In this document: piece by piece, positions 34,370-47,428 of the stretch
Position numbering within the stretch: position 1 is the stretch's first letter
Layout: each line of letters opens with the position of its first letter
Assembly: GCA_032718475.1 (NCBI GenBank)
Contig: JAUCBJ010000121.1
Location: forward strand, 1 to 64,000
Length of the DNA stretch: 64,000 bases
Reading direction: 5' to 3'
From: Nemertoderma westbladi
Lineage: Eukaryota; Animalia; Xenacoelomorpha
Notes under the pieces: model-generated
Seen by the model: only the letters and a program-made list of their open reading frames with translations
Database searches by the model: none
What the model was told of the DNA's origin: nothing
Made by a program: the position numbers and the translations under genes

Positions 34370-34883
34370 TGTTAGCTTATTCAATCCCGCTAACACCCCA
34401 TAAAGTTAAGCCGATAAGCAATATTGGGAGCCACGAGATTGGGTAATTAACCAACTCGTGCCATCCCAATAAGAATGGGAAGGAGAAGCACACAATGAGG
34501 GTCAGGGGCCAAACCCCTAACCCAGAGAGAATAGGTGGAGTGAACGGGAACACTCCAAAGGGCGCCAACAAGGGTATCAACCAATCAGAGGGGGGAAAGG
34601 CATCGATTAGGTAGAGTAACAAGGACAACCGTGCAATATAGCCACTTGGCAGTAATCATATCAATTCAGTTATCTCAGTGCAATACTGGTGCTAGTTTAG
34701 GTTACATAGTTTAGCTAGGGAAGGACCGGGACTTTAGTTACCGTATCCCGCCTTCCGTATACAACAACTATATTATCTCATATCTATATCTATATCTGTA
34801 TACCCAAATATTATATACGACGAACAGCACAAACTCATTCACTCTTTATACACGGCGGGGACGCGTGAACTAACAACGGATAA
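34370..34883 (+). repeat. 3' LTR of element A, lacking its last 28 bp
   Basis: Matches 13894-14407 and then diverges; no TSD recoverable. Confidence 0.92.
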
Positions 34884-35982
34884 GTTTATTACTAACAACG
34901 GATAGGTTTATTACAACTTTAATTAAATGCATACTTACTGACACTTAGGCTTCTTTCAGCAATGTACCCATAAGCTATCATGACGCTGATCTTCTAGTGT
35001 GCCGTACATGCTGCTGCACAAACAACAACGATTTCCTTTGGACGGCTTTCTTTTTAAAGGTTTTTGGACATTCGATGGTGAGTAGTTAAGTGATCGCCGT
35101 ACCCCACATGATCTATCTTTATCGATCTCAGCCACGAGTTTTCCTAGTGAAGCACTCACCTCCTAGATTTGGACATAATAATTTTAATATTTTCATATAT
35201 ATAAACTTAGTTATAACGAACGCAGTCTTACATTTTAGTAAATTAGGCATAAAAATAGTATTATTATTGTACCTCAGTTATTATGTTCCTTGTTATTGGG
35301 CTATCTGGGATGGGCCCTTTATGATGATGGGATGTTTGTCCTAAACGATAAATAACGTTAGATGGAATAGATAATTGAAACTGTATTGCAGACTTGGCTA
35401 TCGCTTGTTAAGTGTTAACTAATTTTTAATCAAACCTGATATGCGAGCCTTTTTTTAAGGATAGAGGTAAAAGATAAGTAATTTATATAAACTTAGTCAC
35501 AATATTTATTTACTACATTAACTTTACTTTTATTCGCTAGGGTAGTACCGAATGTGTGAGTTAGTAGTTATGTAATCATATTAGGCCTAAATGTAATCAT
35601 ATGTGCGTACGGTACTGTAGGGCCTGTTATGAAATAAAATCTATAAATTAAAGTACTTTATGTTACGTTTGTTATTTTAGTTCCCCCTTAACGCAGCCTG
35701 AGCGGATGGGTCACGTAGTCATTAACAGCGGATGGGTCAGAAAATGACCAAGCTATAAATTTTACTATATTCAATTAGAATTAATATGAAAAGTTGGTTA
35801 AGGAGCCGCCAACGAGGCCTTGAGGTCTAGTTCTGCACAATACGAAACAGTATATGAGTACAGTACAGCATATACAGCAGATGATACTATGTATACTTAC
35901 GAAGTTAGCTGTACTGGCCTACTGACGTACTACTGCTTAGGCCTATATAAATATTGGAATACTTAAAAGCATCTTATTTACA

Positions 35983-37681
35983 ATGACGCATCCACAGAAT
36001 ATTAATGTCGCAAATGATGAAAACGATCACAGTATTATTGCTAGTATTATTTCATCAACGGATGACCCTGAAATAAAGAATTGTTTAAGCTGCTGGTCCC
36101 AGGAGGAGACAGGAACTACAATCACCAAAAAACTTAACAAATGTCCAACCAGCCAACTTCGCAAGACAGCCCTTTACATGGGATGTGAAAGGGCGAATGA
36201 CAACCTCTATAAGGCGCAATTAGTAGTTGAGGTTGTTAAATCAATTGAACGTTTCCTACCTGAGGAATGCGCGAACTGTGGGGCTGACTACTCATGCGAG
36301 TTTGGAGAGAAAACCGCTATTCAATGTTTTATTTGTCAACGAGGTGTTCACAGTGGTTGTGTCACTGATCCAACGCAAACAGAAGAATATAAAGCACTAA
36401 CGTCGGCCCACGGATTTGTCTGGGTATGCCTCTATTGCCAACAACGGGCCATAGCTGGCAAAGCAATTATTCGCAATAAAGAAGGCAAATCCATTGCCGG
36501 TATTCGTAAGCGTCAAATTCTAGGCGCAGTGGCTACGACTGAAGGAGTACCGGTACCGTTGTCAGAACAAATGAGGGTTAAGGAACTGCAAACGAGAAGT
36601 CCAACTGTCAATGGGCCAAGTCAGTTCGAGAGTGATAACTGCATTCTCACCATTACAAACACCGCTACTGGTAGAGACAACACTGATAGTGTTGTACAAC
36701 CAATTCACCGTCAGTACCAGTATATGGATTCGACCAACCAAACTCAAGTTAGTCGACTACAAAACCGCTTTGATATACTGGACGGTGAAGATGATGATGT
36801 TGTCGATTTAGGTTCTGTACATTATGAAAGAGGATGAATGGGTAAATCCCAACAGTACTGTTGGTAGAGAGACATCACCGGTATCACACAACCACAATAA
36901 ATCGGAACCTCATTCTACAAACAGCAGCAATGAAAATAGACCTGTCTGTCGGTTCTTTCGCAATGGGAACTGCCAGTTTGGCCGATCGGGACGAGGCTGT
37001 TCATATCGACATCCAAAACTTTGTCTTAAATTCTTAAACAAAGGAAAATCAAGCCAAGGTGGCTGCACTAAGGGGACGTCCTGTAGGTACTTTCATCCCA
37101 CACTGTGCCGCAATTCTGTCAACGAAAAACAATGCCTTAATGGCTAATGTAACTTCTACCATATCCGTGGCACTCAACGTGTCAAGAGGCTGCAGGAAAA
37201 TCGCGTGGAAGACAGATATAATATCAGGGAACAAAGTGTTGGGCTACAAGGGAATAACATAGTCTCCCGGAGCTACACCAAGTCGAACCTCCCTCCTCAT
37301 AGAGAAATCGACCAACCAAACACCAATGGTCAAATCCAGCAGCGTAACGTGGAATGCTATCGCTATGGTGAAGCTCAGACTTTGCAGACCACGGATCAGA
37401 GTTCTTTTTTAGAGAACGCCATGGCGGAAATGCAGAACTCGTTTACTATGCAAATGTCTCAGATGCAGGATCAAATATTGGGTATGCAGCGCCAGTTCTC
37501 TCACCAACTTCAGCAGTTGGTGCAGCTACAGCCCCAGGCAGCTGCATCCCCACCTCAAACCCAAACACAATACTATACTCAGCAACCGAGTGTCCACAAC
37601 ACACAACAAATGCAAGGTTTTGCCCAGTCGGGCCAGGTTCATATAGTACCGGTATCCAACCCAACCCAAATTATGGTGTGA
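35983..37681 (+). pseudogene. LINE ORF1 with PHD finger, three CCCH fingers and Gln-rich tail (one frameshift, one stop)
   Basis: CANC...CFICQRGVHSGC...WVCLYC; CRFFRNGNCQFGRSGRGCSYRH, CLKF...GCTKGTSCRYFH, CRNS...CLNG*CNFYH. Confidence 0.8.
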
Positions 37682-37965
37682 ACCATGGCTCTTACAGTTA
37701 TGTAAATAATTTTGAGGATACCATTTTTCATAGAGGAATGAGTGCCAATAATAATTTTCGCACTCATATTAATAACTTTGAATTGAATAATAATAAAGCC
37801 AAAATGCAAAACGCTGTTGGTTCTTCCCCTAAGGAAAATATAAATGCAAATTTTACCAATTTACATAATATTAAGAGCCAGGGCTACACGAATAATTTCA
37901 ATTGTGCTCCAAGTAATACTAATCTTACTACCGGTTCTACAAACACTAATATTAGTAGTAGTAAT

Positions 37966-38162
37966 TGTACAGTGTTGATCTAAGTTACCCTTAAGTGATA
38001 TTATATACTTATATATATGTAGGCCTACAGGCCTATGGAAAGTCAAGTATTCAATATATATAACATAAGTACTTCTGTACTTTGTCATCTGGCAATCCCA
38101 TATTTTCATACACAGCAGTCTGGCAGTATATCTACTGCCTACTGGTACTTCAGTACTTTACA
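37966..38162 (+). repeat. Gypsy 5' LTR
   Basis: Identical by eye to 43450-43646. Confidence 0.95.
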
Positions 38163-38417
38163 TGGCGCTGCGAATCTGGAAATACAAATACACTGCGGCA
38201 CTACACACTACAAGATGGAACAAATAAATAATAGGTCTTAAAACTTAACTGGTCTACAAACAATACTGCAATAGGCCTACCCCATCATTGGTTAGCCAAC
38301 AAGATAACCTACAATCTACAGCTCTACAGACATATAGGCCTACCAATAGGCCTATAACCTAGCCTACAACAGGTGTCAGGGTGCTTACAATAAGCACCTA
38401 CAGCTCAACATAGCAAC

Positions 38418-39998
38418 ATGACGGATACCGGCACCGGTACTACAGCTACATCTATTACAGCAGCCAAATATTCGCGATCAGCCTTCAAGGGACGTGTTAC
38501 TACAGCAATGAGACGCCTTGAGGACTCGCTACAAAAATATACCACCATGGACCATGAACAATTAACGCCATTAATAATTGAAGCAGTAACAAGCCGATTA
38601 ACAGATTTTCAAATGGCTGCAAACAAATATTTCGAAGCACACCACAATGTCCAGGTGTTAGAACCTACAAAGGATGGTGACAAAGAAACATTATATGTGA
38701 ATTCACTGGAAGATAATGTTGTAGAATTCCGCGACCGGGTTCAATAATTAAGTTACCGGTACTCAAGTACTTTGAACATTTTAAATCATTCTCAGGTTAG
38801 TGATGTTAATACTAATGGTAGGCCTGCTGATCCAGTAGCTACCGGTACACATATTAAAAATCCACGCATAGATCGAACCTGTCAGCCAGATCGTCTGAAC
38901 AAAGACGTTTCTATCGCAGACTACAATACATGGAAAATTAATTTCCTCCAATTTTTCCGCATAAATGCGATGCAACACATGGAGCATGATTACCAAATTG
39001 CTCAACTTCAAGCATGTATTTCTCCAGAATTACAAACTACAAGTCGTCTGTCCCTTAATGTCACACCACAACATACTGTTGATGAAATTCTGGACATTCT
39101 CCATGAATATTACAAAAAAAAATGTAGTTGGATTCGCAGATGTGTCGAATTCAACAGTTGTCATCAGGTCGCTGGTGAACCATTTAATGATTTTTTTGTT
39201 CGCCTGCGTGGCCTGCAAGAATTAACTGAACCATGCCACAGATGTATAGACCGCAACTTAATGGTCCAAATATGTCAAGGTGTCATAAACATTGAACTCC
39301 AACGGAAATTATTTGCTTTACAAATGGGGCACCCTACCTTAGATGACGTTAGAAATGAATGTATTGCATTTGAACACGGTGACCATGAATCAAATGTTTC
39401 CAAACAACCAAACCGTGATCAATTAATACACAATATACAAACAATTTCGTCCCCAGATGGGGCTGTTGAAATACCGGTACCACAATATACATTTACTATT
39501 GATGAAATTCGAGAAACAATGTTAAATAGTAAAGGTACTGATTCTGATATAATTCATGCACTTCAAGTTTTAAAAACGCAACAACTTCCAGCACGGTCAA
39601 AGAAAACTTACCCTATTTATAGGGGTAAAGGCAATACACAAACCCAATCTACATTCTCAAAAAGTACTTCATCAAAAAGCCGGAATTGCCCTTGGTGTGG
39701 TGGACCATCACCACATGAAAATAATAGACAAAACTGTCCAGCCAGTGGGAAATTATGTGTCAATTGTGGGAGAAAGGGACACTTTTCATTTGCTTGTAAA
39801 GCAAACCCAGCTATGCAATCTTTTCAACAACGACAAATTAATCAAATTGAATATAATAAACAATGCGATGAAGGGGATGATGACAGTGACCAATCATCCT
39901 ATGTTTATCGTGCTGGCGTTAATATTAATGTGATTTCAGATGAAGTTCATATTACTCAAATTAAATTTTCACATTCTGCACCATTGATTTCGAATTAA
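38418..39998 (+). pseudogene. gag: Gypsy gag with one in-frame TAA at 38745-38747
   Basis: ORFs 38418-38747 and 38772-39998 share a frame; HQVAGEPFNDFFVRLR, CPWCGGPSPHENNRQNC, CVNCGRKGHFSFAC. Confidence 0.85.
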
Positions 39999-42900
39999 TG
40001 TATGTGGAACACAAAATAATGCCATTTTTGTTTGTGACTCACTTCCAGATACTGGTGCAGATGCCCCAATCGTACCATATGGTCTAATAAAAGACAATGA
40101 TTTAATAATGGAGATTAAAAAATCTCACAAGCCGAAGGTATTTGCTGCAAACGGTACTGTAATCCAATCCATTGGTATCATAACTTTAAAATTACATTAC
40201 TATGGACATAAGGCTATAATCAATGCAGTGGTTACTGAAACAGCATCTACCTTTTTGCTACCCTGGTTTACCCTGAAACAATTAAAAATCATACCAGAAT
40301 GTTTTCCCCTTCCATATATATTTCCAAAAGACAGCAGGGATCTTTATGTCCAAGAAGTATCATCAGCTAATAATGTGCGATCAACATTATTAGATGAATA
40401 TTCTGATGTCTTTGATACTGAACAGTTCCAGGCTATGGACATAACTCCAATGAAAATACACCTTAAACAAAATGCAATTCCATCTAAGATATATACTGCA
40501 AGAAAAATCCCTGTTCATCTAGAGGCAGACACAAAGGCAGAATTAGAAAATATGACCAAACTAGGAGTAATTAAAAAATTAGAATCTGATGCTGAACCCC
40601 CAGAATGGATTTCTCCAATGGTGGTTATACAAAAACCACGAGGTGGGATTCGAATATGTGTGGACTACACTGCTCTAAATCAATACATAGAACGCCCGGT
40701 ACATCCATTTAAGTGTCCTGCTGATATCGTTGCAAATTTAAATAATGGGTGTCACTTTTTCTCAACTTTAGATGCAGTAAAAGGATACTGGCAAGTTCCT
40801 CTTGAATTCAATAGCCAAAAATATACAACATTCCTAACTCCATGGGGTTGCTATGTTTTTCTTCGAGCCCCAATGGGCCTTAGTTCAACTGGTGATGTAT
40901 ATTGTATATGGGGAGATACAGCAATATCTGGAATCCCTTCAGTAGAAAAAGTTGTAGATGATATGCTGGTTCATACAGTTACATTTGAAGAACATGTGAC
41001 TGTTGTGAGATCCATACTAGACCGATGTAGACAATACAAGATTACATTGTCAAAAGATAAATTTATCTTCGCCCAGCCAGAAGTGGAATTTATTGGAATG
41101 CGCATCGGGCGAAATGGTATTCATGGTGATCCATTAAAGATGGAAGCTATTAGAGAATTCCCAATACCAAAAGACATTTCCATGTTGAAATCTTTTTTTG
41201 GTATTATTACACAACTTCAAATGTTTACACCAAATCTGGCTCAGATATCTGCACCATTACGTGGTTTGTTGAGCCCTAAGAATGCATTTGTATGGACCCA
41301 TGATCATACACAAGCTTTCAATGCAACCAAAAATTTACTTACTTGTTTACCGGCCCTTCAACCATTCGATAAAACATTACCAATTTCACTACACACAGAT
41401 GCCTCTAAAGATGGTATTGGATATGTACTCATGCAAAAACATGACAGCAATTGGTGTATAGTAACCTGTGGAAGCCGTTTTGTCACTCCCACAGAGTCGA
41501 ATTGGGCTGTCATTGAACGTGAGCTGTTAGCTGTTCAATGGGCAGTAACGAAATGCAGAGTATATTTACAAGGTTGCCCAAATTTTTCTGTTAACACAGA
41601 TCATAAACCTCTAATCACCATATTAAATAGTAAAACATTGGACAAAATAGGTAATTTACGACTTCAGAGAATCAAAGAAAAGCTTATTGGATATAACTTT
41701 ACTGCTATATGGATACCGGGTAAGAATAATGGCTTTGCCGATGCTCTATCTAGAGCACCTGTATCTCAACCTGATAAAGAGGATATAGATCAAGTAAATG
41801 AGATCATCACTCAAGTAAACGAAGTCATTACAGTAAATTCTAATGATATTGACCCATCGCACACTCTATTTACGAAAGCTGTTAGTGAAGATACCGAATA
41901 TAAACTCCTTATTTCTCATATTATTTCTGGATGTTACAAGATACCTCAAGAGTTAATTATGTTCAAAAACATAATTAAAGACCTTTCAATATGTAATGAG
42001 CTAATCTTGTATGGAGATCGTATTGTTGTACCAAAAAAGGCCAGAAATGAGGTTCTGCGTCGATTACATGTACCACATCAAGGAATTCGTCGATCCAAAG
42101 AAAGAGCCCGCCGATTATATTATTGGCCAGGAATGAATAGTGATATAACCAACACTGTTGAGAACTGTCATAATTGTCAAAAATATAGACCCAGTCAGGC
42201 ACCAGAACCAATGACTCTTGATGTTAATCCGACTCGACCATTTGAAAATGTCTCGACTGACCTTTGTAGCTATGGAAATAATATATATCTCATATATGTG
42301 GACCGTTTTTCTGGATGGCCAATAGTTATTTTGTTCAATAAACCTCCAACAACATCCCAAATAACTTCAAAACTAATCGATCTGTTTTGTGATACAGGCG
42401 TTCCTGTGAAAATGCGATCAGATGGTGGATCACAATATGCTTCAGCAGAGTTCAATACTTTTTGCAACAATTGGCATATAGACCACACCCTTAGTAGTGC
42501 ATATTATCCCCAATCTAATGGTCATGCCGAAGCTGGAATAAAATCAATGAAATCTTTAATTAAAAAATATACTTCAACTAATGGCCAATTAAATCATGAA
42601 GGATTCAAAGAAGCAATATTAGAGTGGAGAAATACTCCCCGTGATGGTGATACTCCAGCTCCTTCAGTACTACTATATGGAAGACTAATGCGCACTCGTC
42701 TCCCTGCAAGCAAAGAAGCCTTGGACTTTCAGTGGAATAAAGTATTTGACGAAATTGATAGAAAAGTAGTGGATAAAAAACGTTGGGTGACAAAATCAAG
42801 ATACGACTTACACACACATCCACTCAAACCTCTCTCCATAGGCACCTCTGTATTTGTTCAGGATGTCAGGACAAAGTTATGGGATCGAGTAGGTCGAATA

Positions 42901-43131
42901 ACTGATATAAGAGATAATGGTCATAGTTATTACGTTGCATTTCCATCTGGTCGTATCCTGCTGAGAAATAGGCGTTTTTTACGCCCAGAACCTTTGATAA
43001 ATAGCAATATAAATGATAGTGATAATAAATACAAAGAAATGGCTTCAGATACTGTAATTGTAGATCTACCCCTTCGGCGAAGCATCAGAGCAAAACAGTT
43101 ACCAAACCGATATGGACAATTGATTAAGTAA
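39990..43131 (+). CDS. pol: Gypsy pol: protease, RT, RNase H, integrase
   Basis: LPDTGAD just upstream of the called ATG; WISPMVVIQK, IRICVDY, LDAVKGYWQ, VVDD; TDAS; HVPHQG...CHNC; SDGG, PQSNGHAE. Confidence 0.93.
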
Positions 43132-43449
43132 ATAATGTTCCTTGGTATTATTTTTAAGATTATTACAATAAATGACTAAGAATGAAGATTGAATTAATTT
43201 TGAGTAATTTGTATTGTATTGTAATAGATTATGTTTAAGCTATTTTGAATATGAAAGATGGTATATAATTTAGAATCAAAAACTGAAAAGGGATGTATAT
43301 TATTTTAGAGTATATCTATATATATCGAGTCAAGATTATTGATTGTGTATTGATTATATATTTAGGACCATATTTTTGTTAGAGGATTTAGTATGATTTT
43401 TTTTTTTGTTTATTTCTGATCTTTTGAGTTCAAAGATCATGGGGGGAGG

Positions 43450-43646
43450 TGTACAGTGTTGATCTAAGTTACCCTTAAGTGATATTATATACTTATATAT
43501 ATGTAGGCCTACAGGCCTATGGAAAGTCAAGTATTCAATATATATAACATAAGTACTTCTGTACTTTGTCATCTGGCAATCCCATATTTTCATACACAGC
43601 AGTCTGGCAGTATATCTACTGCCTACTGGTACTTCAGTACTTTACA
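43450..43646 (+). repeat. Gypsy 3' LTR
   Basis: Follows the PPT and is followed by TSD GTAAT. Confidence 0.95.
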
Positions 43647-43759
43647 GTAATACTTATACTACTACTAATAGTAGTAACCAAAAAGGGCTCAGTGATGGCA
43701 ATTTTTCTAGCTACACGAATTGTTATCAAAATAATATTAATCAACATTTTATTGTACTA

Positions 43760-44450
43760 AATATCCAAGGGCTACATTTTCAAGGCCAGCCATCTAAAGT
43801 ACCACATATTCAGGACTTGGCTAGTTCTTCTCCCCAATTTATTGCCCTAACCGAAACCCATTTAAATAGAAAGTTTTTGGATGCTGAATTAAAAGTACCA
43901 GGCTATACCTTAGTTAGGGCTGACAGGGATTCTAGAGCCAAAGGAGGTGCCGGTATATATATAAATGATAATATTGTTTTCACAATAATCGAAAAATACT
44001 CAAATACTGTTTGTGAATTCTTGGCTGTTCATTTTCAGTGTAGTGATACCTTAGTATTTGTAGTATATCGGCCTTCCTGTGAATTAAAATTATTTAAGGA
44101 GTGTTTAAATAGGGTTGAAAATATTATTGAATGCGAAAATTTCAATAATAGTAGACTCCTAATCTCTGGGGACTTTAATTTTCCCAACATTTCTGGGGAC
44201 AGGGACACTTTTTCATCTCACTCTCCAATAGCCTCTATAAATTATCAGGGCAATGCATTGCTTGGATTAATGTCACGCTGGTTTATGACCCAGGTCGTTG
44301 ACAAACCAACCCGCTTGAACAGTACCATCGATCTACTTATTACCAACGATTTAGACTACATAGACAAAGTAAATGTGTATGGTACCAATTATTCAGACCA
44401 CAATGTTGTACAAATTTTCACGAGTAAAATAGAAGCAAACACACAACAAG
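43760..44450 (+). pseudogene. LINE ORF2 apurinic endonuclease domain
   Basis: NIQGL, IALTETHL, RADR...KGGAGIYI, VVYRP, ISGDFNFP, PTR..STIDL, SDH. Confidence 0.9.
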
Positions 44451-44454
44451 TTAT

Positions 44455-44865
44455 GCAGTGAAATCTGCAGTTAAATCTCATCTCCGTGTGCAATGTAAAA
44501 ATAGGTACAATAGTCCTACAGTAAGTTATTAGTTTATTAATTATTTACTATTTATACTGTAATTACGTTTTATAATAAATTGTTCTGTACATTACATCTT
44601 TATCGTTGAGTCGGGCATTGTCACGCTCTCGGTAAAGTTGTACATGTACATAGTGTAATTACGTTTTATATTGGTTTTAGGTTAGCGTAGTGTAATATTG
44701 TACTGTATTTGTAACCAAGTGACATAAAGGACCCCCTTGGAAATAAGCTGCAAAGCTTTAGGGGTAATCCTATATATGTTATGTTTGACAATACCTTTAT
44801 ACCGGTACATTGTTTGGTGTATTTGTTATTGTTTTTACATAATGTATAAATAAATCTATATCTAA
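44455..44865 (+). mobile_element. Inserted non-coding fragment, probably the 3' UTR of another LINE or a SINE
   Basis: AT-rich block interrupting ORF2; contains a stem-loop-like ggacccccttggaaataagctg-caaagctttaggggtaatcc and ends in aataaa plus tctatatcta. Confidence 0.5.
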
Positions 44866-44892
44866 CAAAATATAGAACGCAATAACGTACCG

Positions 44893-47131
44893 GTGCAAGG
44901 TTTTAAGAACCTGAACTTTATTTCTGAAAAAACTGATTGGGTATCCATGAAATCAGAAATTAAAGAAACAGATTGGTCAGAATTATTTCGAGATAAAACG
45001 TTGGACCAAAAAGTTGAAATTTTGTTACAAAATTTAGAATCTATTTACGAAAGTAACGTCCCACCGAGAAAACCAAATTCAAAAGCAAAAATTCCCTTAG
45101 AGAGACGGTCATTATTTAAAAAACGAACAAAGTTGTTGAAAAGAATAATAAATTCAACGTCAAAAGTGAAAATAGCCAAATTAAATTCCGATTTGACTAA
45201 ACTCGATTCAGAGTTATATCTATCTCGCCAGGCATGAATCAAAAAGGAACGAAATTAATGCCGTGAATAAGATCAAAGTAAATCCGAAATTATTTTTTAC
45301 CTTTGCTAACACGAAACGTAAGGATAAAGTAAATGTTGGTCCTTTTGTTATTAACGGCAAAATAGTTTCTAATCCCGTTGATGTTTGTGAAACTTTACAC
45401 GAACAATACCAATCAGTTTTTTCCAATCCAATTGCAGCTCTTAGGGTCTACTCACCCTCAGAGTTCTTTAAAGTCGATCAAGATACCAAACTAACTGATG
45501 TCCCGATTACATTAGAACTTATTATCATGGCTATTGATAAGCAATGTGCAGCCTCATCGGCAGGTCCTGATGGTATTCCAGCTCTTCTACTCAAATCATG
45601 TAAGAATGAGTTGGCCCATCCCCTCTCTATAATCTATCAGGAATCATTATCATCTGGTATATTTCCATCTACTTTTAAATTTGGACATATTACCCCAATA
45701 TTTAAGAAAGGATCCCGACTGGAGCCAATTAATTATCGACCAGTAAGTCTTACATCCATCCTCTCAAAGACCCTTGAACGTTTAGTAAGGTGGAGACTAG
45801 TAGAATATCTGGAGATAAATAACCTCCTTAATGTGACTCAGCATGGCTTCCGGGCTGGGCGTTCTTGTCTTTCCCAACTACTAGACCATTACACATACAT
45901 TCTAGACTTGCTGGCAACGGCTGAAGGAGCCGATGTGATCTACCTTGACTTTGCCAAGGCATTTGACAAGGTAGACCACGGCGTCTTACTTCACAAAATT
46001 AAAAAACTTGGTATCAGCGGTAGTTTGGGAGTGTGGCTCGCAAACTTCCTAACAAATCGGTCCCAGAAAGTTGTAATAAACGGTGCCAGTTCCCATCCCC
46101 AACCCATCCTTAGCGGGGTTCCACAAGGAACGGTACTTGGACCCCTACTGTTCCTTATTATGGTTGGGGACATTAACACTAACACAAACAATAAATTATC
46201 ATCATTTGCTGACGACACAAGAGTAACTGCTCCATCTCTTAACAATGATGACAATAATCTACAAAGAGATTTGAATACAATATATGATTGGGCTGTAAAT
46301 AACAATATGCATCTGCATGGTGACAAATTTGAGCATCTGCACTACAGCAACAAACCCAAATCTCATCCACACAATAGCTACACTTATATAAATTCTACTG
46401 GCGACCATTTGATAATAACTTCAGATCATGCAACTAAAGATCTAGGTGTGACCATGAGTGATAATGGGCGTTTTTCATTACATATCACAAACATTTGTAA
46501 AACCGGATCTCAGTTATGTGGCTGGATACTAAGGACATTTACAACCCGTAATGTAATCCCCATGGTTACGCTTTTTAATTCTCTCGTCCGTCCAAGACTC
46601 GAATATTGCTGCCAGTTGTGGAACCCAGCTACTGTAGCTGATATCCAAAAAATTGAAAATGTACAACGGGCCTACACCCGCCGCATATTTGGAATGAAGG
46701 ATATAAATTATTGGGAACGCTTGAAAATGTTACGGTTATATTCGCTCGAGCGGAGGAGAGAAAGGTATATAATGATATATACATGGAAAATTATCGAAAA
46801 TAGAGTTCCAAATATTTCAGATTTAACCTATAAAATTAAATCTACAAAAAACATCCGCAGAGGTCGACTTTGTACCATACCGTCCCTTGCAAGTAAGGCT
46901 ACATGTCGCGTCTCCTCTCTTACAGACAACAGTTTTTGTGTTATTGGACCTAAATTATTTAACACCATCCCAAAACATATAAGAGACTTGACAGGCTGCG
47001 CACTGGAGACTTTTAAAAAGCATCTTGATGCATATCTTTTCACCGTCCCAGATTGTCCCGGCTCGCCTGGATACACTGACTCGAGACCTATCCAGTCAAA
47101 CTCCCTAACTAAGGTACAAGTATTAAAATAA
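44893..47131 (+). pseudogene. LINE ORF2 linker and reverse transcriptase (CR1-like), frameshift near 45240
   Basis: GPDGIP, NYRPVSLTS, QHGFRAGRSC, YLDFAKAFDKVDH, GVPQGTVLGPLLF, SFADD, KDLGV, LVRPRLEYC..WNP, IENVQR, YWERL. Confidence 0.93.
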
Positions 47132-47428
47132 ATTAAATGGACTACATTTCTTTCATTGCATTGTCCATTTAAACAGAAGAATTAGCCAGTTTTTGCACAA
47201 TTTGTATACAATGTATATTTTTACTATAATGTTTTATTTTTTTCTCATTATTAGTTATGTGCATTTTGTGCCTTATTTGCGAAATTTTTACAACTGTAGG
47301 CCCGTACTTAATTATTTGATATACTGCAGTTTTTAGGTTTATGTTCTTAATTTGGTGTGCTCTACGAGTTCTACCGTGTGAATTTTAAATCACTAAATAT
47401 ATATACAAGAATCATATTCATACTGTAA

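Larger units (their letters stand above)
13894..34883 (+). mobile_element. Element A: BEL/Pao LTR retrotransposon (~14.3 kb without the nested insert) with gag-pol and an extra exonuclease/zinc-knuckle ORF
   Basis: Direct LTRs at 13894 and 34370, PPT at 34361-34369, Gag-PR-RT-RH-IN with BEL-type motifs, third ORF at 31114-33660. The sequence is continuous across the nested element at the AGCGG duplication. Confidence 0.95.
37966..43646 (+). mobile_element. Ty3/Gypsy LTR retrotransposon, probably Mag clade
   Basis: 197-bp LTRs at 37966-38162 and 43450-43646 (TGTA...TACA), 5-bp TSD GTAAT, PBS TGGCGCTGCGA at 38163 (tRNA-Ser-like), PPT GGGGGGAGG at 43441-43449, two Gag knuckles, PR-RT-RH-IN order. 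Confidence 0.95.
35983..47135 (+). mobile_element. CR1-like LINE (ORF1 and ORF2) interrupted by a Gypsy element and a short LINE 3' fragment
   Basis: ORF1 with PHD and CCCH fingers; APE endonuclease at 43760-44450; RT at 45263-47131; Asn/Thr-rich ORF2 leader continuous across the GTAAT duplication. Confidence 0.88.
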
